Shown here: positions 49,394 through 61,402 of the stretch, piece after piece
Layout of the letters: each line of letters starts with the position of its first letter
How positions within the stretch are numbered: the stretch's first letter is position 1
Source of the DNA: Narcine bancroftii
Taxonomy: Eukaryota
DNA: 64,000 nt
NCBI RefSeq assembly: GCF_036971445.1
Contig: NC_091475.1
Coordinates: 159,774,001 to 159,838,000 of the forward strand
Direction: 5' to 3'
Program-made: the position numbers and the translations under genes
The notes under the pieces: generated by a model
Databases searched by the model: none
What the model saw: only the letters and a program-made list of their open reading frames with translations
What the model was told of the DNA's origin: nothing

Positions 49394-49676
49394 ACTTTTG
49401 TCACATCTCAGCTATGACGTTCTTTTTTATTGTTCCCCTCACCAAGTGTGAATAGCGAGAAAGTTGTGACCCATTCACTATAATTCTAGAGATGAATTAA
49501 AACCATTTCGTAAAATAAAAATAACCAGTTACTTTATTAACCTTTTAATGCAAAGTTATTAGTCTAATGGAGCCCACCACACATGATTGCCATCCCTGGT
49601 ATGAAACTCGTGGGACGGATGCAAGGTGCAACCATGCACTTGATGTCCACTCAAATTACAAAAAAAAAGTTAAAGC

Positions 49677-49925
49677 TGTTCCATCTTCTGTTTGTGTGTG
49701 TGAGTTCTTAGACAATACATGGATGAAGGAAATGGTTCTTTATTTTAAAGTTGTTGTAAACAGCACTATGAGGCTTGCCATTAGGGTGTAGGTCTCCATT
49801 ACAGATCTCACATACGGTGTCTCCTGCCCTGTGTCAGCTCCTGCTGGTAGCCAAGTCTTATCAAACAGAGCTATAATCCTTAAGGCCTTGCTCGTTGCAT
49901 TGCAACCATGATCACTATCATTATA
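49677..49925 (-). repeat. 3' LTR of the Gypsy element
   Basis: Starts right after the PPT (TA instead of TG), has AATAAA (rc of 49739-49744) and ends ...GATGGAACA. Confidence 0.7.
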
Positions 49926-51945
49926 TCTCCCTTTCTTAAAACAAAAGTAGCTTGCTTTTAACTAGCATGTTTTCTTTGTATAACTCTAAAATTTTAACTT
50001 TAACACCAAGAACTTACATTTTCATTATTTTCAACATAGTTAACATTTTTTAAACTTGTTTTGTGTGTTCACATCGACATAAACTAAAACTTGGAGAGCA
50101 AATAAGATAGCACTACTTCATTCTATAACAGGAGTCTTTAAATTTGCTCAAAGAGCTTCTTAGTAGGATTCGCGTGTCTTGACAACCTCCTGATTGATTG
50201 GCCTTGAATCTGAGTTGTTGCCTCAGACGATGTCTTCTCAGCTGTGTATTCAGGTTGTTCAACATTATCCGTCTTTCCATCTACTGTGGCTGGTCCTATT
50301 TGAAGATCTCGACGATTTCTTCGCAGATCAGCACCTTCACCTGTTTGAATGCTGTATGATCTTGGCTGGACTTCACTGAGGACAGTTCCTTTCTGAGTCC
50401 ATAAGTTTGTTTTGTCTTTTAGCTTTACTTGGCCACCAGTGTGGAGTTCCGCAAGGTTTTCTGTTCCTCTGACAAAGTAATACTTTTGCTTTTCTTTCTG
50501 TTGTTCTTTGAACTTCCTCACTTTCTCCCCCTCTTTTGTTTTTAGGAGGTTCTCCTGAATGGGTAGGTTTAATCTTAGCCTATATCCCATAAGGAATTAT
50601 GCTGGTGACATACCACACTCGAGCAGAGTTGTGTAGTATACTAGCGTGCTCTGGTAGGAGACCATTCCAGTGTTTTTTGCCTTGTTCATCAGTCTTTTCG
50701 CTGTCTTCTGATTTTTCCACTAGACCATTAGACTGTGGGAAAATGAGGACTTGATGTTGTGTGTACAAAGTCCCACTCTTTGGCAAACTGTTAAACTTTA
50801 AATTGCAAAACTGGGATCCATTGTCTTTGAAGACCTCGCTTGCCATGTCTGGAGAATATGGTTTTCATATCTGTTATTTCAGCATCTGCAGTGGTAGTCT
50901 GTGTCTACAAGATGGTCCTTCCCTTGACATTTGAATATGTCAGTGCCGACCTTCTGGCAAGGTCTGTATGATGCTGGGTGAGGCTTTAATGGTTCTACAG
51001 GATTGCTTGCTTGATATTTCTGGCATATTGTGCAGTTTGACACTTTATTTGTTATATCATTGTTGATTTTTGGTCGGTACATCACCTCTCATGCTCTTAC
51101 ACTTTTTGATCCTGAGATGTCCTCCATGGATCCTTTTTAGCATCTCTTTTCTCAGACTCTTTGGGATAAGGATTTTGCTTCCTTTGTAGATGAAGTCATC
51201 AACCACTAATAGTTCTGCCCTGCAGTTCCAGTACTCTGAAATGTCAGGTGAGCAGTCCTGTTTCACGTTGAAACATCCAAGATGTTTTATCTCAGTTGTC
51301 TCAGTGTTTCATTTTTGTTTGTCTCTGACTTTGAGCTCCATTTTTGTATCTGATATGGCAGCGCACATGTGATCATGTCCACGAAGGCATTCATGTCTTC
51401 ATCCATTTTGATGTTTACAGGCTTTCTCATGCCAACAGCTCTAGACGTGTCTGCTGTGTATGTTAGCTTAGCTGGAGTGTTCGCTACACTCAGTGTATAG
51501 TGTTGCAGCCTAATCATCATTCTTTGTATTCTAAGTGGGCATTCATTTAATGGCTTTTGGATCAATGCAATCAAGGGCTTATGGTCAAACTCTACACTGA
51601 TTGCTTGTCCTGACACAAACTGATGAAATCTCTCACAGGCGTGTGTGATACTGAACAGCTCCTTTTCAATTAGTGTATCACGTCTCTGTGTCTCATCGAG
51701 CATGATGCATATGCAGTGGGTTGCCAGTCATCATATTTTTGCAGAAGAACTTCACTGAACCCACTATGTGATGCATCTGATGATATCCTGATGGTTCTCG
51801 CTGGGTCATAAAACCTCAGAACTGGTCACTCTGAGCAGTTTCTTTAGTTCGCTCCATGACTTTTCATGCTCATGATCCCACTCTCATTCAATGTTCTTTT
51901 CGTCTTCTCAATGGAGCCATCTTTTCTGAGAGGTTGGATAAAGTT
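49677..51945 (-). mobile_element. Gypsy/Ty3 LTR retrotransposon, 5'-truncated: RNase H, integrase, PPT and 3' LTR
   Basis: RNase H IEKELFSITHACERFHQFVSG....EFDHKPL...PLRIQRMMIRL. Integrase zinc finger IHGGHL...CTICQKY, core KVGTDIF, DNGSQF, PQSNGLVE, and C-terminus PRSYSI.T..G..LRRNRRDL. The PPT TTTAAGAAAGGGAGA (rc of 49926-49940) abuts the LTR. Confidence 0.93.
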
Positions 51946-52220
51946 ATCATGAAAACTAAGACCACATAGGATCAGGGTGAAGGTGCTGGAGACAGATAAA
52001 TTAATATTTAGTTTTCAGGGTTTTTCCTTTTAATTTGTTTTTAGCCTTTTATTTAGCCATTGTTTTTTTTCCTAGGTTTCTCTAGGAGATCTATGACCCC
52101 ATTGTAATTTGTATCTGTAAAATTAATTAACTTTTTTCAGTAGAGTAAGAGGGGGGAGATAAACACTGTTTGAATTTTGTGAATGTATGAAAATCAAAAC
52201 AAAATAGTCAAAAAAATTTA
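51946..52220 (+). mobile_element. Probable L1-type 3' UTR fragment truncating the Gypsy element
   Basis: T-rich block, GAGGGGGGAG, ending TGTATGAAAATCAAAACAAAATAGTCAAAAAAA. Similar in character to the 3' UTR at 43900-44225. Confidence 0.4.
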
Positions 52221-52233
52221 AGATGACATAAGA

Positions 52234-52748
52234 GGTGTTGAGACCAGTGGTGATCATATGGAAATGGTGTTGAGACCCGTGGTGATCATAAGGAAATGGT
52301 GTTGAGACCCGTGGTGATCATATGGAAGTGGTGTTGAGACCCGTGGTGATCATATGGAAGTGGTGTTGAGACCCGTGGTGATCATATGGAAGTGGTGTTG
52401 AGACCCGTGGTGATCATAAGGAAGTGGTGTTGAGACCCGTGGTGATCATAAGGAAATGGTGTTGAGACCCGTGGTGATCATATGGAAGTGGTGTTGAGAC
52501 CCGTGGTGATCATATGGAAGTGGTGTTGAGACCCGTGGTGATCATATGGAAGTGGTGTTGAGACCCATGGTGATCATATGGAAGTGGTGTTGAGACCCGT
52601 GGTGGTGATATGGAGGTGGTGTTGAGACCCGTGGTGGTGATATAGAGATGGTGTTGAGACCCGTGGTGGTGATATAGAGATGGTGTTGAGACCCGTGGTG
52701 GTGATATGGAGATGGTGTTGAGACCCGTGGTGGTGATGTGGAGATGGT
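52234..52748. repeat. Minisatellite, 16 x 32 bp (GGTGTTGAGACCCGTGGTGATCATATGGAAGT and variants)
   Basis: Unit starts fall every 32 bp from 52234 to 52714. The first 11 units carry TGATCATA and the last 5 carry TGGTGAT. Confidence 0.97.
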
Positions 52749-53594
52749 AGGGCATGCTTGGGCGTCCAGGTGGCCAACCCCTGGGTCTGATTTTCTTGAG
52801 TTATTGTATTATTCCTCACTTCCAGGCTTTAATTCCCAGGCATGGAATTTAGGGACAACTAAATCTGCAAAGGTTTAGCTGCCAACTAAACCTCAATATT
52901 TTGTACATTTTAAGGTAATTTTGCCTTCTTGAAGTGGGACTTTCACATTTGGCAAAAGAGCAGGTGCTTTTATCCTCCAAACCTTGCCCTTAAATTTATT
53001 TTGCCATGTTTTTCAAAGAAATTGGCATTGTTAAATGTCATATTTCTTGAAAGTCGGCACTGCCACATGATTTATCGATAAGGGCAGTGATTTCATTTTT
53101 ATTGTTGTTGTAATAATGTTGATTCTTGATTTAGTTGGCACCTACTCCTCCTCTGTTCAAATTTACTGTTGACCTATATTAACACATTATGACTTTTTAG
53201 CTGTATTTCGATTTCAATAGCACAGTCAAAGCCTTAAATTGAACCCATGTGTCATCTGTAAGTGCTTACTGTTAATATGTCGATGGAATAGAAAGGTTGA
53301 AATGCTTTCTAAAACTGAAAGAGGAGTTATTTTAAAAATTTCAAATATACAACTCTGCCACCGTATTTAAAATGCAATGAGCAAAGCCTGAACGTGAGAG
53401 ATATAGCAATCTGTTAATGTTCCAGTGAAAGACCTTGTATTTACATCATGGTATTTTGACCCCAACATGCTCCCAATGTGCATTTTAGCCAACAAGACAT
53501 TTTTTTTCTAAGTTTTTTTTATATCGTTGGTATAAAATGAGAAATGAAGCAGTTATATTCTTTTTCCCCATGGCAGCGCTCTGCAAAAAAAAAA

Positions 53595-53830
53595 AACAAA
53601 TAATCTGCTTGCTGGTGAAGTGTTTGAGAAAAGAATTTTCGGGACTGAGAGATGCTTCTCAGTGATTCTTCAAAAGAGTGTCACATAATCTTTTGCAACA
53701 GTCATGAATGGGGCCTCAGTTTTGCAGTCCAGAGATCTGAGTGCCTGACAGTACACTGCTGTTTCAGGGTAGATCTTACTTAAGTCTCAAGAAAGGAATT
53801 TTAACCAACATTCTTCTGTTGTGAGCCATG
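53595..53830 (-). mobile_element. Deu-domain SINE remnant
   Basis: ATAATCTG...TTCTTCAAAAGAGTGTCACATAATCTTTTGCA...ATGGGGCCTCAGTTT...CTGACAGTACA. Confidence 0.5.
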
Positions 53831-55767
53831 CATCCACTTGAACAATTCTTTTGGAAGACTCCAGCACTAAACAAGATGCCTGTTGATGAAAGGCTTCTGT
53901 TTGGCACTGAAAAGATTCCTCAAGTATGTCGAGAGGTTTAGTAACCATAATGAAGAAATAGAAGAGCAGACTTGGAGTAAGAGAGAATGTCCATTTGACA
54001 TGAAAATGATTAAGTCGGAATTACAAGTAAACAGCAATGCTAAAAATATGTCATGACCACAATATGGAGATTTGCCATAATGGCATGAATGTTAGCTGCA
54101 GAAAATCTTGTAGGAAGGGGTCAAAAAAAGGGCAGACTTTCAGTGACACTGCTTTTGTCTCTTATTCTTGTTGACAAGCACACAGTTAAAGGGTCAGCCT
54201 GACTGACAAACTTGGCTTCCAAATAGATAGTGGTGACTCAGATGACCAAAACTGTGGGGTGGGAGAGCTGGTGACAGAGAGAATGCATCTCCGTTCTGGG
54301 GAATGTCGGGATCCTGACTCCAATCATCTCTGATGTGAGGGAACTTCACATGACTGTTCATGTAAGCTGTTTATAAAGGAACATGGGTTTTTCCCCTGGG
54401 TATTCTTGTGCTTGGAAATATAATGGACTGCTATCCTCATTTTAATGTTTAATATTTACAGATTGCATACTTGGAATGGGTAGTTCCTCTTCCCTTTTCT
54501 CCCTCGATCAAATCCTGAAGAGGGCAAGTTGGAGCCATTTGCTGATTTTTGACAAGAATTGCTGTGGGGGAAATTAAGACTTTGTACTTGGTTGCATTGC
54601 AGTAGCATGGAATTTGCTCAACCCTGACCTGCGAAAGAGCTGTACAGACTTCTCAAAGTCTGGCAATCTCTGCATCACAAATTTCACTTGGACTTCCCAT
54701 CCTCACCACAACCCATTGCCCACTCCTGAACCTCAAATCCCAGAATGAGCCCAAGACCTCATTCCTTTCAGGGACTCAGTCAGAGGCTTCCCACCATTCA
54801 GAGTTCTTGGTGCGCCAGGTATCCAGGACATTGAAATGTAATGTAATATAACAAATAGAGCAATACCTTGTCAGGAATAGTGAGGAAGTAGCTGTAGCTA
54901 TAAATGGTAGTGGAAATGTAAAACTCTCATCCACGGTCAACAGTGGATAATCAAGTTGATCATGTGTTTTAAATGTGAGATTGATAAAAATATCAAATTA
55001 TATTTTTGACAAAGGCTGGTATGTGAAATTAGATCACAGATCTGCCTTGATTTCATTGAATCATAGAATTTGCTTTATGGACAATATGACTTACTCTTTT
55101 GAGTATTTTATTTATAGTTTTCCAAATCTGAACTCAACAGTTTACAACTTTGTCATCAAGAGTAAAATCTATGTCAATTAAAACTTAATAAATCTATGTG
55201 GATTTTCTATCAAGTCCAAGCCTAACAACCCTTCCCTTTTTCCCCTCTGCCCTCCCCCCTTTCCCTCAACATCAGCAACCAAAAATGAACATGCAAGACA
55301 TGGGATAATAAAAATCATATTGGGGAGTTGTGTCTGGCATAGTTCAGCGGCCAGAGATTGGACCGATCTCTTTTTTTTCCCCCTTGACTTTTCCTGGCTG
55401 GGCTGAGGCGGACCCTTCATTCCTTCCTGCCCCCAGAATTGGGGAAGGATTGGGGCGAACCGGACCCCGAAGCAAGGTTATGCTTTTCACAACCGTGCTC
55501 GTATATGGTTCAGGTACAGCTATCAAATTTTTTTTTTTTTTTTGGAAATTCAAATCTTTTTAGATTAATATTTATTAATGCTTATACATGAGAATCGATG
55601 AATTCCAAAATGGTCAGTTCATTTAATAGTGAATCACAAAACTTTTCCATGTGATAACTGATTATTTAAAATCTATAAGCAGGAAGTGTTATCACTGTCA
55701 TCTCTTGCCCTTTGCTAACTGCTTTTCCATAATTGATGATTAACTAAAACTTGGGGTTTTAATGGTG

Positions 55768-56352
55768 GGCACCACCTACGGCTCCTAGAACGCTTCCACC
55801 AGCGTTGTCTCCGCTCCATCCTCAACATCCATTGGAGCGCTTACATCCCTAACGTCGAAGTACTCGAGATGGCAGAGGTCGACAGCATCGAGTCCACGCT
55901 GCTGAAGATCCAGCTGCGCTGGATGGGTCACGTCTCCAGAATGGAGGACCATCGCCTTCCCAAGATCGTGTTATATGGCGAGCTCTCCACTGGCCACCAT
56001 GACAGAGGTGCACCAAAGAAAAGGTACAAGGACTGCCTAAAGAAATCTCTTGGTGCCTGCCACATTGACCACCGCCAGTGGGCTGATAACGCCTCAAACC
56101 GTGCATCTTGGCGCCTCACAGTTTGGCGGGCAGCAACCTCCTTTGAAGAAGACCGCAGAGCCCACCTCACTGACAAAAGGCAAAGGAAGAAAAACCCAAC
56201 ACCCAACCCCCACCAACCAATTTTCCCCTGCAACCGCTGCAATCGTGTCTGCCTGTCCCGCATCGGACTTGTCAGCCACAAACGAGCCTGCAGCTGACGT
56301 GGACTTTTTACCCCCTCCATAAATCTTCGTCCGCGAAGCCAAGCCAAAGAAA
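55768..56352 (+). mobile_element. RTE-clade LINE 3' end, young; inverted near-identical partner of 26578-27129
   Basis: HLRLLERFHQRCLRSILNIHWS...MAEVDSIESTLLKIQLRWMGHVSRMEDHRLPKIVLYGEL...CNRCNRVCLSRIGLVSHKRACS. Four amino-acid differences from the other copy over the 142-aa track ORF. Confidence 0.95.
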
Positions 56353-56500
56353 GGTCTTTGCTTATTTCTTGAAGAAGGACTTGGGCCCGAAACATTGACA
56401 ATATCTTTATTTCCAATGGGCACAGCAAAACCAACTGTATTCCTCCAGCATTTCGCTGAGTTTTTACTAGTCACAGCGTCTGCAGACTTTTGTGTATCAC
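56353..56500 (+). mobile_element. Penelope-like terminus with hammerhead-like core
   Basis: TTGAAGAAGGACTTGGGCCCGAAACATTG...TCCTCCAGCATTT...CAGCGTCTGCAGACTTTTGTG. Confidence 0.7.
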
Positions 56501-56669
56501 TTTAGTAGATTTTTTGGATTTGGCCTCTGCAACATCATTTCTTGTCTGGGCTTTTGCTATAAATAAATTATTTTCATCTTCCACTTCAGAGATTTTTTCA
56601 TTCCATAATATTTTCATTTTTCTGGTTTTGAGACTTTCCATGTGAATGCCTCCTTTTGCATACAACATA

Positions 56670-56890
56670 TGATGTGCCTTTTGAAGTGTAGTCACCATTG
56701 TATTGTTGGAAACATGATTGGCATCTCTCTTCAGCAGGTTCTAATAAAATCTGATAATCGTCAAACAATCCATAATTTTTCCGCCTTGATTATCTCCTTG
56801 GTGATGGAGAGAATTCTCTTTTGAAGTAGCATTGTGGTATGTTTTACTCCACCTGAGAGGTCAAATCAGGTGTGGTCTAATGTTGCTCTA
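56670..56890 (-). mobile_element. Deu-domain SINE remnant
   Basis: CTTTTGAAGTGTAGTCACCATTGTA..GTTGGAAACA...TTTTACTCCACCTGAGAGG. Confidence 0.55.
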
Positions 56891-56912
56891 AAATGCAAGA
56901 AAATAGATGGAA

Positions 56913-57030
56913 CTAGAATCAGAATTTATTGTCATGAACATGTCATGAAATTCGTTGTTTTGCAGTAAGCATTACGGGAATAAATTGCTATAAATGACAA
57001 TTTTTTTTTAAGTGCAAAAGAAGAGAAAAT
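56913..57030 (-). mobile_element. Rex1-type tail fragment
   Basis: AGAATCAGAATTTATTGTCATGAACATGTCATGAAATTCGTTGTTTTGCAG, nearly the same as 35100-35155. Confidence 0.65.
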
Positions 57031-57574
57031 TTGTGGATCGTGGCAATCATCTAGGGTTCATTGCCTCACTTTTACCTCCAATACATAGAAGGAGAAAAGT
57101 AATTGGGAGCAAAGAAATGAGATTGGTAGCTTTGGAGTATGCCGTAATTTCTAATACTCTGTAGATTTTTTAATGGGTGGAAGTATCTCTGTAGTATTCC
57201 AACATCCTATATATAGGATGACGTGACTCGTGTTTTATAGCCCAACTGATTTTATGTTCCATGTAAGTCAATAGACTTGATCCTCTTGCTTCTTGCTGCA
57301 GAAGATGGATCAAAATTAAATGCTGTACTTTTATATTTAAATTTGTAACATGAAATAGAATTTTGGACTGAGTAAATGTTCTCTCAATTTTCCCTTCACA
57401 TGTGCTGCTTATGGTGAATATCGACCACATGAAAATATCTATGTAGGAGAGTAAAATGCAATTCCATCGCATCTTTCCGATTCCTTCACAAACCACTTTA
57501 GAGTTTACTCTTTTTGAACCTATCAAGTGGCTGACAAAATTGTAATCCACATTAACCTCTCCATTATTCTAATA

Positions 57575-58384
57575 ATAACAACACAAAAATACTGGAGGAA
57601 CTCCACATGTCTCACAGCGTCTATAGGAGGTAAAGGTAGATGTACTCCTCAAGGTGGAGCAAAAGCAGGCAGGCGCCTGAATAAAAAGGCTAGGGGAGGA
57701 GGGAAGAAAGGGCAAGGGAGGAGCACAGGCCAACTGGCCACCAGACATTATTGGACGTGGACAGGAGGAAAGGAATGTAAAGATGAGAAAGGATTGGGGA
57801 AGAGGGGTAGCTCTGTGATTGCAAAGACTGAGGAAAGGAGACAAATGGAAAGAGTGAGTGAGAGAGAGACAGCACAAGAGGAAAAGAGACAGATTGAGAA
57901 AGGAGGAAGATGGGAGAGGGAGGGGGTGGCTAACAGAAACCAAAGAAGTAGATATTAACGCCATCTTGTTGGAAGGTACCCAGATGGAATTTGAAGGGTT
58001 ATTCCTCCCATTTGTGGGTGGTCTCAGATTGGTAGTGCATGAGAACATGGGCAGACATATCAGCATGAGAATGGAGTGGGTAATTGTAGTGGGTTGCCAC
58101 TGGGAGATCCTCGTTATTGCAGTAGACAAAGCTAAAGTGTTGAAAAAAAGCTAACTCCCAGTCAGCATCCAATCTCTTTAATGTAGAGGAGACCACAAAA
58201 GGGGTACTAGATGCAGTAGATGATCCCTGAAAAAATTACAAATGTTGCTTCACATGGAAGGACTGTGAGAGCCCCTGAACGGTAATGAGGGAGGAGGTAT
58301 GGGAGAAAATGTAGCAGGTGCCAAGGGGGTCAATTGGTGGGAAGGGAGAAGTGGATAAGGGAGTCATAAGGCAGAGAGGGGAAG
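57575..58384 (-). mobile_element. Penelope-like element (GIY-YIG plus terminus)
   Basis: Minus-strand SQSFHVKQH, LPVATHYNYPLHSHADMSAHVLMHYQSETTHKWEE, and the terminus AACACAAAAATACTGGAGGAACTC. Confidence 0.8.
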
Positions 58385-58990
58385 ATGTTTTATTGTCAGG
58401 CCAAGTAGTAGATGGCAGAAATAGTGTTATCTGATTCCACAAGTGCAAGCGCTTTCTGGTCCTCAGTGCAAAACACACAGACACACAACCAGACATAACA
58501 TACATACAGACCAACAATAAATATGCAGGACAAGTATTCATATATACAAACAAATAAACAAATATTGTTTCATGAATATGAAAGTTATCCAATGGTTCAT
58601 TTAGAGGTTCCTTTCCATTCAGCATTTAAACTGTTCCTCAATCTGGTTGTACTGGGTCTGGGACTCCTGTAATTCTTTCTTGACAGGAGCAGCTGAAAGA
58701 TGGTGTGTGGGTGGTGAGGGAGACTCCAGTGATCTTCTTTGCCACTCTTATGGTCCTGTGGATTGGCCATTGATCCATTTTTCTGCAGCAACTGTATCCC
58801 ACTCTGTTGCTGCCAGCCAGGACACTCTCAAGAGGGCTCCTGTAGAAGGTTGTCAATGGTGGCCATCAGTTCGTAAGTATTACTTCAGTCTTCTCAGGAT
58901 GTGCTGTCAATGTTGTGCCTTCCTGACAAGTGAGGAGATGTGTGTCAACAATAGGTCACTAGTTCAGTGTAGTCCAAGGAACTCCTTGGA
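58385..58990 (-). mobile_element. Rex1/Babar 3' fragment
   Basis: LTTFYRSPLESVLAG, RTIRVAKKITGVSL, HPHTIFQLLLSRKNYRS...TTRLRNS, and the tail TTTTATTGTCA at ~58388. Confidence 0.8.
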
Positions 58991-59522
58991 CTATTTCAAT
59001 TTCCCACCTCATTCTCAGGCCAACATGTCTGTCCATGGTTTCATGCACTGTCAGGACTGAGACATCCTAGAAATTGGAGAAACAGCACCTCAAATTTAGT
59101 CTAGGTACCCTCCAACCAGATGGCATTGACATCTGTTTCTGTTAGCATTCCACTCCCCCATCTCTCCCCTTTCCCTATTTCTTCTTTCCTCTAGTTCTTT
59201 TTTTCTCTCTTTTTCCCTCTACCCAATTTCCTTCAATTTTGCATTCACAGAGCCAGTCTCTCCCCCATCAATTCTTGCCTTTCCTTTCCAGTCCTCCTAT
59301 CATGTCCAATTATTACTTTTGCCTGTTGACCTGTGTTCTTTCCTCCTTCTGCCCCAGCATATTTACTCAGATGCCTGCCTGCTTTTTGCTCATACCTTGG
59401 AAGGTCTCAGGCCCAAAACATTGGTTATATAACTTTATCTCCTATGAGATCTGTGGAGTTCCTCCAGTACTTTTGTGTTTTTACTACAATTACAGCTTCT
59501 GCAGACTTTTGGCTTTCACACC
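58991..59522 (+). mobile_element. Penelope-like element (GIY-YIG end plus terminus), inverted relative to 57575-58384
   Basis: YFNFPPHSQANMSVHGFMHCQ, KLEKQHLKFSLGTLQPDGIDI, and the terminus GGTCTCAGGCCCAAAACATTGG...GAGTTCCTCCAGTACTTTTGTGTTTT. Confidence 0.85.
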
Positions 59523-61402
59523 TCCATTATTCTGGTCATTAGCAAGGTTCAATGAACCTATAGCAGTTCAAGCCCTGGCTGTTTAATTAATACCCTGCCA
59601 CTCCACAACCAGTTCAGTATATGCAAATATAGAAGTATTTCTTATGCAAAATGCTTCAAATAGACTGGGTGTATTGAGGTTCTTAATGGTGAGGTTTCTT
59701 GAATGGAAATTGTTATGATGGAAAATTTGTGCCTTGATGGAATTATTACTTGAGGATGAACATCAAACTTTGATCAGCCATTGAGAACTACAAAAGAATT
59801 ATGGACGTAATCAAGCTTTGCCTTTGTCTGAAGCAGTAGAACACCTGTTTTCAGACACCATATTGGCAAAAGACAATTTTTTGCGTTAATGATGGCTCTA
59901 AGTACAGGAAATTATAAATTCCAATGTTTCATTAAATTGTCATGGTTTGTACTTTGCCAAGAGATCTGCTTTCTGTAGGTTATAACTTGGGTCTTATATT
60001 GATGACTTGCAAACTGAGTTGATTTGTTTTGGATAATTAAGCCAGTTCCTTGTTGAGATATGAATGCAAAGTCGTGTTGATTGGTTTCAAAGCTGACATG
60101 GAAGGAGTAGCCATCCATGACATAAAATTGAATAGGTTGGTGAAAATGAATGGTTGAGTTATTTGAATTTACTGAAGAACTTATTCAAGTAATTAAATAA
60201 TTATGGTTTCATCAACTGTGAATGAAAAATTATTTTGAAATGAGGAGTGAAGTCTTATGACATTGCATTGGAAAATATTTGATATTTAAGTTTCACAGCA
60301 GTCTTTTTTTTCCCACAAAAGCCTGTTTACAAAAATAGATAATTGTAGAAAATCAGGTAATCATTATTATTTGAATGTGTTCATGCTTCAAGTTTTGGTT
60401 CAACATTGTGCATGGATATAAAATGATTTTCTGAACATATGGCTGTGCTTAAAGCAATGCTGTGAAAGTTGAACTTTCATACTTGAACAGTTCATAAGTA
60501 TTGCTTTCAGTGTTGCCCTGAGGAAGATTTGTGTAGGGACATGTAAATCAGATGTTCTCTGGTATGACCCCACTGAGCTGTGCACCCTTGAGCTCTCTGC
60601 ACAATTTTGTTTTCATCCATTCATGTGCAACAAACTCTTTTTTTCAAATTTCTATGTATCCTAGCTACTGACTTCCATTCATTGGTTTCTTTGTAAGGCA
60701 TCCAATCTCTGGCAGTTCTTGAACTTCATCTGTCATTGGTTTCAGTATTCAGTTCTCTCCAATGCCTCACTCAATCATAAATCCTTCCGCAGTGGGAAAC
60801 GCAGTGGGAGAGGAGGGAGTGGGGTTAACTGTTTCTAACTATAATTATAAAATAAAATAAGAAAATAGACTTTTAATTATCTAATGATCTACAAATTCTG
60901 GAAACTTTAAGCATGTCCAATCACAAAATAAAAGCATTTTATAATGAAAAAAACACAAATAACTTCAAGACAGATTTGTGGGCCTCCTGTGCACCCAATG
61001 CACACAGAATTCAAATCAAGACATTGTATTTAGATGCCTCATTTATCTCATTCTCTTGTTGTGAACCTATCTGATATTTTCTTTAAAAAAAAATCCACTG
61101 ATTTGCAGTTATCAAGAAAACTTGATGAATTTGTGATTTTTCTTTTCAATCTCTAAAATATTGGTTGAAAGTGTCAAAATCTGTCATTCAATATATTAAA
61201 AATTAAAATTATTCAGTTATCCTAACTATGCACTGACTCAATCGTGCAATTCAACTCCCAAATAAAAATGCCTACTGTACTTTTCGGCATACAAATCAAC
61301 CTTCAGATGAGTTGAGTCCCCATTTTCGGCATCATTTTCATGGTTTTATCATATATCGTGTGAATAAGTCGACCCCACAAAAATCGTAATGACTGAGCTG
61401 TT

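Noticed and set aside
48524-49455. Six long ORFs (237-279 aa) with Cys/His or Trp/Gly repeats
   Set aside because: They are a by-product of a stop-free 28-bp tandem unit: no synonymous variation, and all frames are equivalent.
52234-52819. CRISPR-like array, or His/Thr-rich ORFs
   Set aside because: Contiguous 32-bp units with no unique spacers, no cas genes and a eukaryotic context. The ORFs are translations of the repeat.
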